DNA from: Crocosphaera subtropica ATCC 51142
GTDB taxonomy: Bacteria; Cyanobacteriota; Cyanobacteriia; Cyanobacteriales; Microcystaceae
Assembly: GCF_000017845.1 (NCBI RefSeq)
Contig: NC_010546.1
Coordinates: 1,980,001 to 2,012,000 of the forward strand
Direction: 5' to 3'
DNA: 32,000 nucleotides
The first letter of the stretch is position 1, and each line of letters opens with the position of its first letter. The notes beneath the pieces were generated by a model. It did not search any database and was not told where the DNA came from. It was given only the letters and a program-made list of their open reading frames with translations. Made by a program: the position numbers and the translations under genes. Of the stretch, positions 25,387-32,000 are shown one piece after another.

Positions 25387-26334
25387 TTACAAAGGGTGAT
25401 CAGAATGATTACTGGCTAATTCAGCTACCATGTGGGGATTCATGCCCATGTCTTCGGCATAAGGGCTGAGAAATTCTTGATCGCTCATATCTTTGGGAGC
25501 AACCATAGCGGTTTCTCCTATTTTGGCTTCTTGTACGGGTTTATTGCTTTCTTCCCATTGGGCGTAAGCTTCGGGACTATCCACATGAAGCACTGATTTC
25601 ATACCGCCATGATAAGCCCCACAAAGTTCGGCGCAAATGATGGGATAATCTCCTTCACGGTTAGCCGTAAAGGCTAACACCGCTTCTCGGCCAGGAATGG
25701 CATCTTGTTTTAACCGCAGTTGGGGAACCCAAAAGGCGTGAAGCACATCCCCTGCATCAATGTTCAGTTGTACAGGGCGATCAATGGGGACATGGAGTTC
25801 ACCCGAAACAATTCCCGTTTCAGGATAGGTGAAAATCCAGGCGTATTGAATGGCTTTGACATCCACCATTACAGCCGGGTTGTCCTCTGTTGCAGAGTTA
25901 CCAATACCTAAGGCCATTTGATGCTGATGGCCACCCATAGCGATTTGTTGGGGAGAATGATCTCTAGAAATGACGGGATCAAGTCCTCCCATATTGTTAT
26001 AGGCTTCAAAGCTATAAAGGGCAAGAATGAAGACAATAATGGTGGGAATGGCAGTCCAGAGAATTTCTAGGGGAACATTCCCTTCAATGGGAGGCCCGTC
26101 GGTCGTATCTCCTTTACGACGACGAAATCGAATGACACTGTAAACTAAAACTCCTTCTATCAACAGAAAAAGTCCTGTCGCAATAGTCATCATAAAGTTG
26201 AATATATTGTCTACCTGTTGGGCATCTTCAGAGGCCGCCACCGGCATTAGGCCATGGTTTTGACCGTACCAGAGACTGGCTAATGTAATGACGATACCAA
26301 CGAGTAAGGTGATAATGTTACTTGGAATCTTCAC
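25387..26334 (-). CDS. ctaC: Cytochrome c oxidase subunit II with a complete CuA site
   Basis: The sequence H-x34-CAELCGAYHGGM gives the full CuA ligand set (H, C-x-E-x-C-x3-H-x2-M). It has two N-terminal TM helices and a GTG start at 26334. Confidence 0.9.
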   Translation of the reverse strand: MKIPSNIITLLVGIVITLASLWYGQNHGLMPVAASEDAQQVDNIFNFMMTIATGLFLLIEGVLVYSVIRFRRRKGDTTDGPPIEGNVPLEILWTAIPTIIVFILALYSFEAYNNMGGLDPVISRDHSPQQIAMGGHQHQMALGIGNSATEDNPAVMVDVKAIQYAWIFTYPETGIVSGELHVPIDRPVQLNIDAGDVLHAFWVPQLRLKQDAIPGREAVLAFTANREGDYPIICAELCGAYHGGMKSVLHVDSPEAYAQWEESNKPVQEAKIGETAMVAPKDMSDQEFLSPYAEDMGMNPHMVAELASNHSDHPL

Positions 26335-26576
26335 AGTGGTTGATGGGTTAGACGATTACCTATTTAATTACGGTAAGGCCAACTTTTAAAAATGATTGGC
26401 TTTTTTATCACAGATTTAAGGATCTTTTGTTTTTCTTTAGAATCAAACTGAATTGAAATTGATTGAAATTAAAAAGATAATCTTAAGAAATGAGGATTTT
26501 AGTTTTTTTTAAGGTAGAGACGATAACTTTGAATTAGCATAGAAATAATAGGTTTAAATCTGATTACATTGACAAA

Positions 26577-27362
26577 ATGACAACAACAGAAACACAATTA
26601 AATCTGATTACTAATATTACCGGAGAACCTTATCAACCGGCCAGACTTTATTATCACGTTACCAATAAAAAGACGGTGTTAGGGGTGTTTAAGAAGCTAA
26701 AATGTATGGAATATTATGAAAAAAGCGATCGCTGGTATTGGTTCTATCACGAAGAAGCCCAAAAAATCCGCTTTCAACAATCTTATAATAAAATTCCTAA
26801 AGAAAATCGCCCCATTCCTTTAGGTTATTTTCAATTTATTAAAGATGATTTGATGATGTTAGAAGTGCGATCGTTTCAACGGGTGGTAGAAGCGGTAAAA
26901 TTCTTTAATACTCGACTTAATTGGCGTGCAGCCGAACCCACTCGCTTAGCCATTGTTAATAAATTGTTTGGTTGTTCTCCTGAAGAAACCCCTCAACCCC
27001 CTAATTCATTTGCCGAATTTTTTGATCGGGATGATATTATTATGCACAGTCCTGAAGCTTTAGAAGAAGAAATTAATACGATTATTAGTCAATACGAAAC
27101 CGACGAAGAAAAAGACGAAGCAGTTACCGCTTATATGGAAGAAAAATCGAAACAACCGTTACCCGAAGTTGAAGAAATTGCTGTTACTATTCACGAACAA
27201 GGATTATCTATTTTAGAAATGGCTTTAAGAATGAAACATATTGAAGCTTGGGAACATTGGCAAGGGAATAAATATTTTACTCAGTACGATTTGATCCAAA
27301 GTATGTTAGAAAATATGCCAGATACAGGGAACGGGGAACAGGGAACAGGGAACAGTGGCTAA
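26577..27362 (+). CDS. Hypothetical protein (261 aa) transcribed divergently from ctaCDE
   Basis: This is a clean ORF with an acidic C-terminal half and no recognisable motif. The last ~12 codons are encoded by a heptamer tandem repeat. Confidence 0.75.
   Translation: MTTTETQLNLITNITGEPYQPARLYYHVTNKKTVLGVFKKLKCMEYYEKSDRWYWFYHEEAQKIRFQQSYNKIPKENRPIPLGYFQFIKDDLMMLEVRSFQRVVEAVKFFNTRLNWRAAEPTRLAIVNKLFGCSPEETPQPPNSFAEFFDRDDIIMHSPEALEEEINTIISQYETDEEKDEAVTAYMEEKSKQPLPEVEEIAVTIHEQGLSILEMALRMKHIEAWEHWQGNKYFTQYDLIQSMLENMPDTGNGEQGTGNSG
27325..27359. repeat. Heptanucleotide tandem repeat (CAGGGAA/CGGGGAA/CAGGGAA/CAGGGAA/CAGTGGC) forming the 3' end of the CDS
   Basis: Units were counted from 27325. The array encodes ...TGNGEQGTGNSG, followed by the stop. 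Confidence 0.9.
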
Positions 27363-27549
27363 TAATTAATACTAAGTTCAATTATCATAGGTTACTAAAG
27401 GCAAAAGGCAAAAGTAGATTATGAAAGTATTTCAGCTTTTCCCAATGTCCTAACCTTTTTTGTACTGCTATATATATCAATCCTTTTGCTTTTACAAACA
27501 AGTAATAAATAATATAATTATTCATTGTCAATTGTTAATTATTAATTAA

Positions 27550-29598
27550 CTAAAGTCCTAATAATTGACTAATTGCGGGTAATAACTTATTACATTCTAC
27601 GACTAATGTTGTAGCAGTGGGTAAGGTAGAAACAATCCCTAAAATAGCGTTTTTAGAGAGTTTTGCCAACTTTTTCAAGTTACTATCTTCGGGATTTTTC
27701 GCCGCTTCAGTAATATTATTCACACTGTCTAATGCGTCGGCTTTTGTCTCATCGTCGAGATTTTTTTCGGTTTCTATTGCAGTTTTTAATTGACTTAATA
27801 GCTGTTTTATGCTAGGTTTTTCATCTTCTGAATAGTCAGGTATTTGTTGAATATTATTGCTGACTTGTCCGCTAATCTCTCCTAAATTAACAACGGAATT
27901 AGTAGCATTAATATCTCTCATTTGGATGTTTTGGCTATTATCTGAACTATTAGTCATGGCTTTGTTTTCATTAATAATATTGGTTTGGGAAGATTTTAAA
28001 GCGTCCACTACTTTAATTATATCTTTTTTATGTTCTTTTTCTGCTTCTAAGAGTTTCGTAGCCGTGGCTGCTTTTAATCTGAGTTCATAAACTTCATCAA
28101 ACGTATTTTGTATGTCAGCTTTGTCTGTATCTTCAGGAACTTCTACTGTCACTAAAACATCATTACCTTTTTTCTCAATGCCTTGAATATTATCATAACT
28201 AATATTAGGGTTTTCTTCGACAATTTTATCAAATGCCTGTTTAAACGCCTCAAGGTTAATTCCATTTTTCAAGAATAATTCTACTGTATTAATAATTTTT
28301 TGGTATAGTTTTTCAAAGTCTCCTGGTTGAAACATTTTATTAGGATCATGGGGACGGCGTTCCCTGGTTCCATTGTTTCCTGGCTTTTCTAATAAAAATA
28401 AATATTGACAGTCAACGTTATCTAAAATAGTGGTTTGATCGATGTTCCAAGCTTCAATACAAGCTCCCGTTAAATTACAGTGCGTAAAGTTAGTATTAAT
28501 AGCAGAAACTTGGGTTAAATTTGTCCATTCTAGGTTAGTGCCTCGCAAACTGGCATCATTTAGATTACACTGTTTCAGGTTAGCTTCATTTAAGTTGGCT
28601 CCGTCTAGGTTGGCTCCTTGTAAGTTGGCATTGACATAAGATTTTTTGTAACCATAACCTGTCATTAATAAGTCTTTGACATTAGTTTGAGAAAGTAAGG
28701 TATTTTCTGGACGAATACGATCCAATTTTTGGGCGTTTTTGAAGCAAGTACGGGTTAAAATAGCGTCTCGAAAATCTGTACTTTTTAACCTTGTTTGGCT
28801 GAAGTTAGCATCAGTCAGGTTAGCCTTTCTAAAAGTAGTACCACCAATAGCCGCAAATGCCACCGCTAAGGTGCGTATCCAAGCATCTCTCGGATCACCT
28901 TTCATGGCACGATAGGCTACAAAAGAGGCAAATAGGGCTAACGCTCCGGCTGCGGCTACGATGGCTATAGCTAGGGGTACGGCTACTGCGGAGGCTATGG
29001 CCTCGACTATGCCTCCAACTACGGCTACAGCTACAGCTATACCTATGATCATGACTTCGGTTACCGCTACGGCCATGGCTATGGCTACGGCTACAACGAC
29101 TGCTATGGCTACGGCAAAGGATACGGTCAAAGCTATGGCTGCAGTTAGGCTTCCGGCTGCGGCTGCAGTGAAGGCTACAGCTACGGTTATAGCTACGGCT
29201 GCTAACCCCCTTCCCAGTCCTTTCCAATAACTAATCAGACAAAAAATTAATAATATCCCTAAACTAACCCATCCTGCTACTTGATTGTCTACACTGGAGC
29301 TATTCAATATTAAAGAAACTAAGTAACCAACAAAGGCAGAGCAAACGCTAGACAGAGCAATAAGCAGAAAAGCAACTAATAATAAGCCCATCATCCACTG
29401 TTTTTGTAACCCTGCCGTTGCATTACTAAAATTTGCTTCTATGAGGGTTGCTCCTGTAAAGTTTGCCCCTCGAATATCACAACCCCTAAAATTTGCTCCT
29501 GATAAGTCCTTTCCGGCAAAGTTTTGACCCCTAAGACATTCCCCTGGGAAGTCCCGTCTTCGTGCGTTATAGAGGTTAATTAGTTCGGATGCTTTCAT
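27550..29598 (-). CDS. Membrane pentapeptide-repeat protein: N-terminal pentapeptide block, ~190-aa hydrophobic Ala/Val/Ile-rich core, a second long pentapeptide block, and a ~270-aa Asn/Lys/Glu-rich C-terminal domain
   Basis: A(D/N)LxG-type pentads are present (NFAGKDLSGANFRGCDIRGANFTGATLIEANF; ANLQGANLDGANLNEANLKQCNLNDASLRGTNLEWTNL). The hydrophobic core contains AVAIAVVVAVAIAMAVAV.... Confidence 0.85.
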   Translation of the reverse strand: MKASELINLYNARRRDFPGECLRGQNFAGKDLSGANFRGCDIRGANFTGATLIEANFSNATAGLQKQWMMGLLLVAFLLIALSSVCSAFVGYLVSLILNSSSVDNQVAGWVSLGILLIFCLISYWKGLGRGLAAVAITVAVAFTAAAAGSLTAAIALTVSFAVAIAVVVAVAIAMAVAVTEVMIIGIAVAVAVVGGIVEAIASAVAVPLAIAIVAAAGALALFASFVAYRAMKGDPRDAWIRTLAVAFAAIGGTTFRKANLTDANFSQTRLKSTDFRDAILTRTCFKNAQKLDRIRPENTLLSQTNVKDLLMTGYGYKKSYVNANLQGANLDGANLNEANLKQCNLNDASLRGTNLEWTNLTQVSAINTNFTHCNLTGACIEAWNIDQTTILDNVDCQYLFLLEKPGNNGTRERRPHDPNKMFQPGDFEKLYQKIINTVELFLKNGINLEAFKQAFDKIVEENPNISYDNIQGIEKKGNDVLVTVEVPEDTDKADIQNTFDEVYELRLKAATATKLLEAEKEHKKDIIKVVDALKSSQTNIINENKAMTNSSDNSQNIQMRDINATNSVVNLGEISGQVSNNIQQIPDYSEDEKPSIKQLLSQLKTAIETEKNLDDETKADALDSVNNITEAAKNPEDSNLKKLAKLSKNAILGIVSTLPTATTLVVECNKLLPAISQLLGL

Positions 29599-29676
29599 GG
29601 GTCATCAGTTATCAGTGCATTTTGTTCTAACGGGACAAATTAGTGTTATTATGAAAATTAATCGGGTATTGGGTCC

Positions 29677-29907
29677 TTAGTATAAAAATTTTTCTAGCCG
29701 TTCAGCGATCCATACTTTGATCAAGGACTGTTGTGTTATTCCCAACCGTCTCGCTTCACGATGTAGTGATTTAATCATCCACTGTGGAAAATCAACATTA
29801 ACCCTTTTTTGACTCAAACCAATGCGCTGTGCTTGACGAAGATCAGGGTGTCCAATGATATCTTCTTCCCCTCGGTCAAACTTTTCATCAAATGTCTTGA
29901 CTTTCAT
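29677..29907 (-). CDS. BrnA/CopG-like ribbon-helix-helix antitoxin
   Basis: The product is MKVKTFDEKFDRGEEDIIGHPDL...KRVNVDFPQWMIKSLHREARRLGITQQSLIKVWIAERL. GGAG lies upstream of ATG 29907. The tracked start at 30000 (GTG) adds an implausible leader. Confidence 0.75.
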   Translation of the reverse strand: MKVKTFDEKFDRGEEDIIGHPDLRQAQRIGLSQKRVNVDFPQWMIKSLHREARRLGITQQSLIKVWIAERLEKFLY

Positions 29908-30013
29908 GAAGTTGTATCTCCTGTTTTCGTAAACGTCGAACTGAAATAATATGTATTGTATTCTCTCAGTAAGTAATAACCGCTGACCAAAACTTTTCAC
30001 TAGCTAAAACTAT
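29888..30013 (-). pseudogene. 5'-truncated remnant of a BrnT/DUF497-like toxin with an internal stop
   Basis: The minus-strand frame reads IVLASEKFWSAVITY, then TGA (29968-29966), then ENTIHIISVRRLRKQEIQLHESQDI and a stop (29890-29888). The tail resembles the BrnT C-terminus and overlaps the antitoxin start by 20 nt. Confidence 0.45.
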
Positions 30014-30113
30014 TTAGTGAACACACCTAGCTTGGTGGGTTACGATTGATAGTCAAATGCTTGTGATGATTTAACCCACAGCCATCTAACCCACTTTACA
30101 GTTGAAGAGAAAA

Positions 30114-30186
30114 TGGAGAATAGCGGACTTGAACCGCTGACATCCTGCTTGCAAAGCAGGCGCTCTACCAACTGAGCTAATTCCCC
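30114..30186 (-). tRNA. tRNA-Ala (anticodon UGC), CCA not encoded
   Basis: The reverse complement is GGGGAATTAGCTCAGTTGGTAGAGCGCCTGCTTTGCAAGCAGGATGTCAGCGGTTCAAGTCCGCTATTCTCCA. It has a 7-bp acceptor stem with the G3:U70 alanine identity pair, the anticodon loop TTTGCAA, and the T-loop GGTTCAAGTCC. Confidence 0.95.
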
Positions 30187-30294
30187 AGGCTGAGTAACCG
30201 ACATTTTTTTGTGTCGATATTTTACTCACTCTTACAATTATATACAGACTTATCTAAAATAAGCAAGGGGTGAATCACAAAAATTTTCTTCAGA

Positions 30295-30315
30295 CCCCGA
30301 ACTCCGAACTCAGAA
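30295..30315. repeat. Heptamer repeat CCCCGAA / CTCCGAA / CTCAGAA (reverse orientation of the GAGTTCG family) immediately upstream of the trhO-like start
   Basis: Units were counted at 30295-30301, 30302-30308 and 30309-30315. The ATG is at 30324. Confidence 0.85.
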
Positions 30316-30323
30316 CTTTCAAA

Positions 30324-31211
30324 ATGCTTTACACTGTCGCTACTTTCTACAAATTTATTCCTTTTCCCGACTGTGCTGAAAAACAAGCCAGAATCTTGAA
30401 ATATTGTCAAGGTCATGCTGTCAAAGGCACTATACTATTGTCCTACGAAGGTATTAACGGAACGATCGCAGGAACCACCGATAATATTGAAGCAGTGATC
30501 AACTATTTAAGCAAAGATGAACGTTTAGCTGACTTAGAGGTTAAATACTCCACTGCATCTGATCTTCCTTTTGAACGCCTAAAAGTACGCCTAAAAAAAG
30601 AAATTGTTACCCTAGGAATGCCAGAAGTTAACCCTAATGAACAAGTAGGAACCTATGTTACGCCTGAACAATGGAATGACTTAATTAAGGATAAAGAAAC
30701 CATTGTTATTGATACGAGAAATAATTATGAAGTGGATATCGGAACCTTTAAAGGTGCAATTAATCCTCACACTGAATCTTTTCGAGAATTTCCTGAGTAT
30801 GTACAAGAAAATTTAGATCCCAAAAAGCACAAAAAAATAGCAATGTTTTGCACGGGTGGAATACGATGTGAAAAAGCAAGTTCTTTTTTATTGCAACAAG
30901 GATTTTCCGAAGTTTATCATCTCAAAGGGGGCATTTTAAAATATTTAGAAGAAGTTCCAGAGAAACAAAGCTTATGGCAAGGAGAATGTTTCGTTTTTGA
31001 TGAACGAGTCGCCGTTAAACATCAGTTAGAAATAGGCAGTTATGAAATGTGTTTAGGGTGTGGTCATCCCATTTCAGACAAGGACAAAACATCGGATAAA
31101 TATGAACAAGGGGTTTCTTGTCCCCATTGCTATGATAGTTTAACCCCTGAAAAAATAGCTAAACAAAGAGAGAAAAAAAGACAATTATTACAAAAAAAAG
31201 AAACAGTATGA
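30324..31211 (+). CDS. trhO: Rhodanese-domain protein of the UPF0176/YceA family (tRNA uridine-34 hydroxylase TrhO-like)
   Basis: MLYTVATFYKF... is the typical family N-terminus. It has the rhodanese loop CTGGIRCEKAS and C-terminal Cys pairs (CLGC...CPHC). The tracked start at 30270 lies within the heptamer repeat. Confidence 0.8.
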   Translation: MLYTVATFYKFIPFPDCAEKQARILKYCQGHAVKGTILLSYEGINGTIAGTTDNIEAVINYLSKDERLADLEVKYSTASDLPFERLKVRLKKEIVTLGMPEVNPNEQVGTYVTPEQWNDLIKDKETIVIDTRNNYEVDIGTFKGAINPHTESFREFPEYVQENLDPKKHKKIAMFCTGGIRCEKASSFLLQQGFSEVYHLKGGILKYLEEVPEKQSLWQGECFVFDERVAVKHQLEIGSYEMCLGCGHPISDKDKTSDKYEQGVSCPHCYDSLTPEKIAKQREKKRQLLQKKETV

Positions 31212-32000
31212 CTCAACCTCAACCTCGCACTGGTTACACTTTACCAGCATTCGCTTGTGCCTCTGCGATCGCCGCTTTAAACCATTTACAAAATAAAGAC
31301 AATAATGGTGCAGTTTCTCTAGATTTAATAGAACCCGATAAAACTGTCAGTATTGCCATTCAACAAGTAGCAAAAATAAATAATCATACTGCTTTAGGAA
31401 TTACCATTAGTGATCCAGGAGATAACTTAGATTTAACTAGAAATACTCCAATCTGGGCAACAGTAGAAGTTAGAGAAAATAGTGATAAAAATGAACAAGA
31501 ACAAATCCTTATCAAAGGAGGGGAAGGTATAGGCAAACAAATCAATAATGATAACAAAGATGCTATTTATTCCTACGCAACTAAACTATTAAAGCACAAC
31601 TTACAACCATATTTAAAGCCAACAGAAGCTATTATCGTTACAATCATCTTACCCGAAGGAAAAAAGTTAGCAAAACGCACATCTAATGAAGCATTTGGAG
31701 TGATTGAAGGACTTTCTTTATTGGGAACTTCTGGAATTTCTCACCCTTTGAGTTCTCCCGATCAATTAAATAGTTATCAACAAGAATTAAGAGAAAAAGC
31801 AAAACAATTTGATACCTTAGTTTTTTGCTTAGGAGAAAATGGCTTAGATTTAGCTAGAAAATTAGGAATCAATTCCCAACAATTAATCAAAACAGCTAAC
31901 TGGTTAGGTCCTTTGTTAGTAACAGCAGCAACGGAAAAAGTTAACTCGATTTTATTATTTGGTTATCATGGAAAACTTATAAAATTAGCAGGAGGAATCT
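31208..32000 (+). CDS. cbiD: Cobalt-precorrin-5B (C1)-methyltransferase CbiD, 3' end outside the window
   Basis: It is absent from the ORF track because no stop occurs in the window. Translation gives MTQPQPRTGYTLPAFACASAIAAL...GGEGIGKQ...AKRTSNEAFGVIEGLSLLGTSGISHPLS...LFGYHGKLIKLAGGI, which are CbiD motifs. The ATG overlaps the trhO stop (ATGA, 31208-31211). Confidence 0.85.
   Translation, partial: MTQPQPRTGYTLPAFACASAIAALNHLQNKDNNGAVSLDLIEPDKTVSIAIQQVAKINNHTALGITISDPGDNLDLTRNTPIWATVEVRENSDKNEQEQILIKGGEGIGKQINNDNKDAIYSYATKLLKHNLQPYLKPTEAIIVTIILPEGKKLAKRTSNEAFGVIEGLSLLGTSGISHPLSSPDQLNSYQQELREKAKQFDTLVFCLGENGLDLARKLGINSQQLIKTANWLGPLLVTAATEKVNSILLFGYHGKLIKLAGGI

Noticed and set aside
23052-25911. 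Plus-strand ORFs 23052..23297, 24067..24354, 24505..24783 and 25720..25911 inside ctaE/ctaD/ctaC
   Set aside because: They are antisense to unmistakable heme-copper oxidase subunits.
27857-29230. ORFs 27857..28090, 28442..28639, 28895..29227 and 28961..29230 within the pentapeptide-repeat gene
   Set aside because: They are open only because of the periodic GCN/GTN and pentapeptide codon structure. Their products are (ATAM)n- or (RS)n-type low-complexity strings.
29908-30000. N-terminal extension of the BrnA-like antitoxin (tracked GTG start at 30000)
   Set aside because: The extension reads across the toxin remnant in the wrong frame. The internal ATG at 29907 has a GGAG RBS and gives the typical family N-terminus MKVKTFDEKF.
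29599-30300. Integrase, IS element or genomic island boundary at tRNA-Ala
   Set aside because: No recombinase or transposase ORF is present, and no direct repeat of the tRNA 3' end is visible within the window. Only the TA remnant hints at a past integration.
30222-30416. Minus-strand 64-aa ORF and the tracked 30270 start of the rhodanese gene
   Set aside because: Both run through the heptamer repeat and the tRNA-proximal spacer. The family-typical N-terminus MLYTVATFYKF begins at 30324.

Overview
This is a cyanobacterial chromosomal segment. The HIP1 octamer GCGATCGC was verified by eye at 1, 1500, 5232, 8344, 10257, 14372, 16384, 22338 and 24355. The gene content is typical of the phylum: DPOR chlB, btpA, ctaCDE, a VKOR-thioredoxin fusion, a PAO-type Rieske oxygenase, fibrillin and a TamB/TIC236-like giant protein. 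The sequence is AT-rich by eye, and a unicellular Cyanothece/Crocosphaera-like source is only a guess. About 30 genes are present, and most are housekeeping genes scattered on both strands with no large operon except ctaCDE. Two CDSs run off the window edges and are missing or truncated in the ORF track: a receiver-domain protein at the 5' edge and cbiD at the 3' edge. One tRNA-Ala(UGC) lies at 30114..30186 on the minus strand. Accessory content is confined to three small low-GC islets. (i) 5.7-7.3 kb, between chlB and obg, holds three small type II toxin-antitoxin-like pairs; one pair is bracketed by inverted copies of a palindromic repeat. (ii) 21.5-22.8 kb, between btpA and ctaE, holds a decayed BrnT/BrnA-like module and an orphan ORF. 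(iii) 29.6-30.2 kb holds a BrnA-like antitoxin plus a BrnT remnant abutting tRNA-Ala. Short heptanucleotide tandem repeats (STRR-like) and GC-rich palindromic hairpins recur in intergenic DNA, and one heptamer array forms the 3' end of a CDS. I saw no CRISPR array, transposase, integrase, rRNA or phage genes. I could not identify a convincing novel multi-gene system. The most unusual items are a receiver domain with Glu at the phospho-acceptor position, a TamB-like ORF that seems to lack its C-terminal domain, a membrane pentapeptide-repeat protein with a repeat-encoded Ala/Val core, the repeat-bracketed TA cassette, and the two degraded BrnTA modules. All family assignments come from motif recognition by eye, because no searches could be run.
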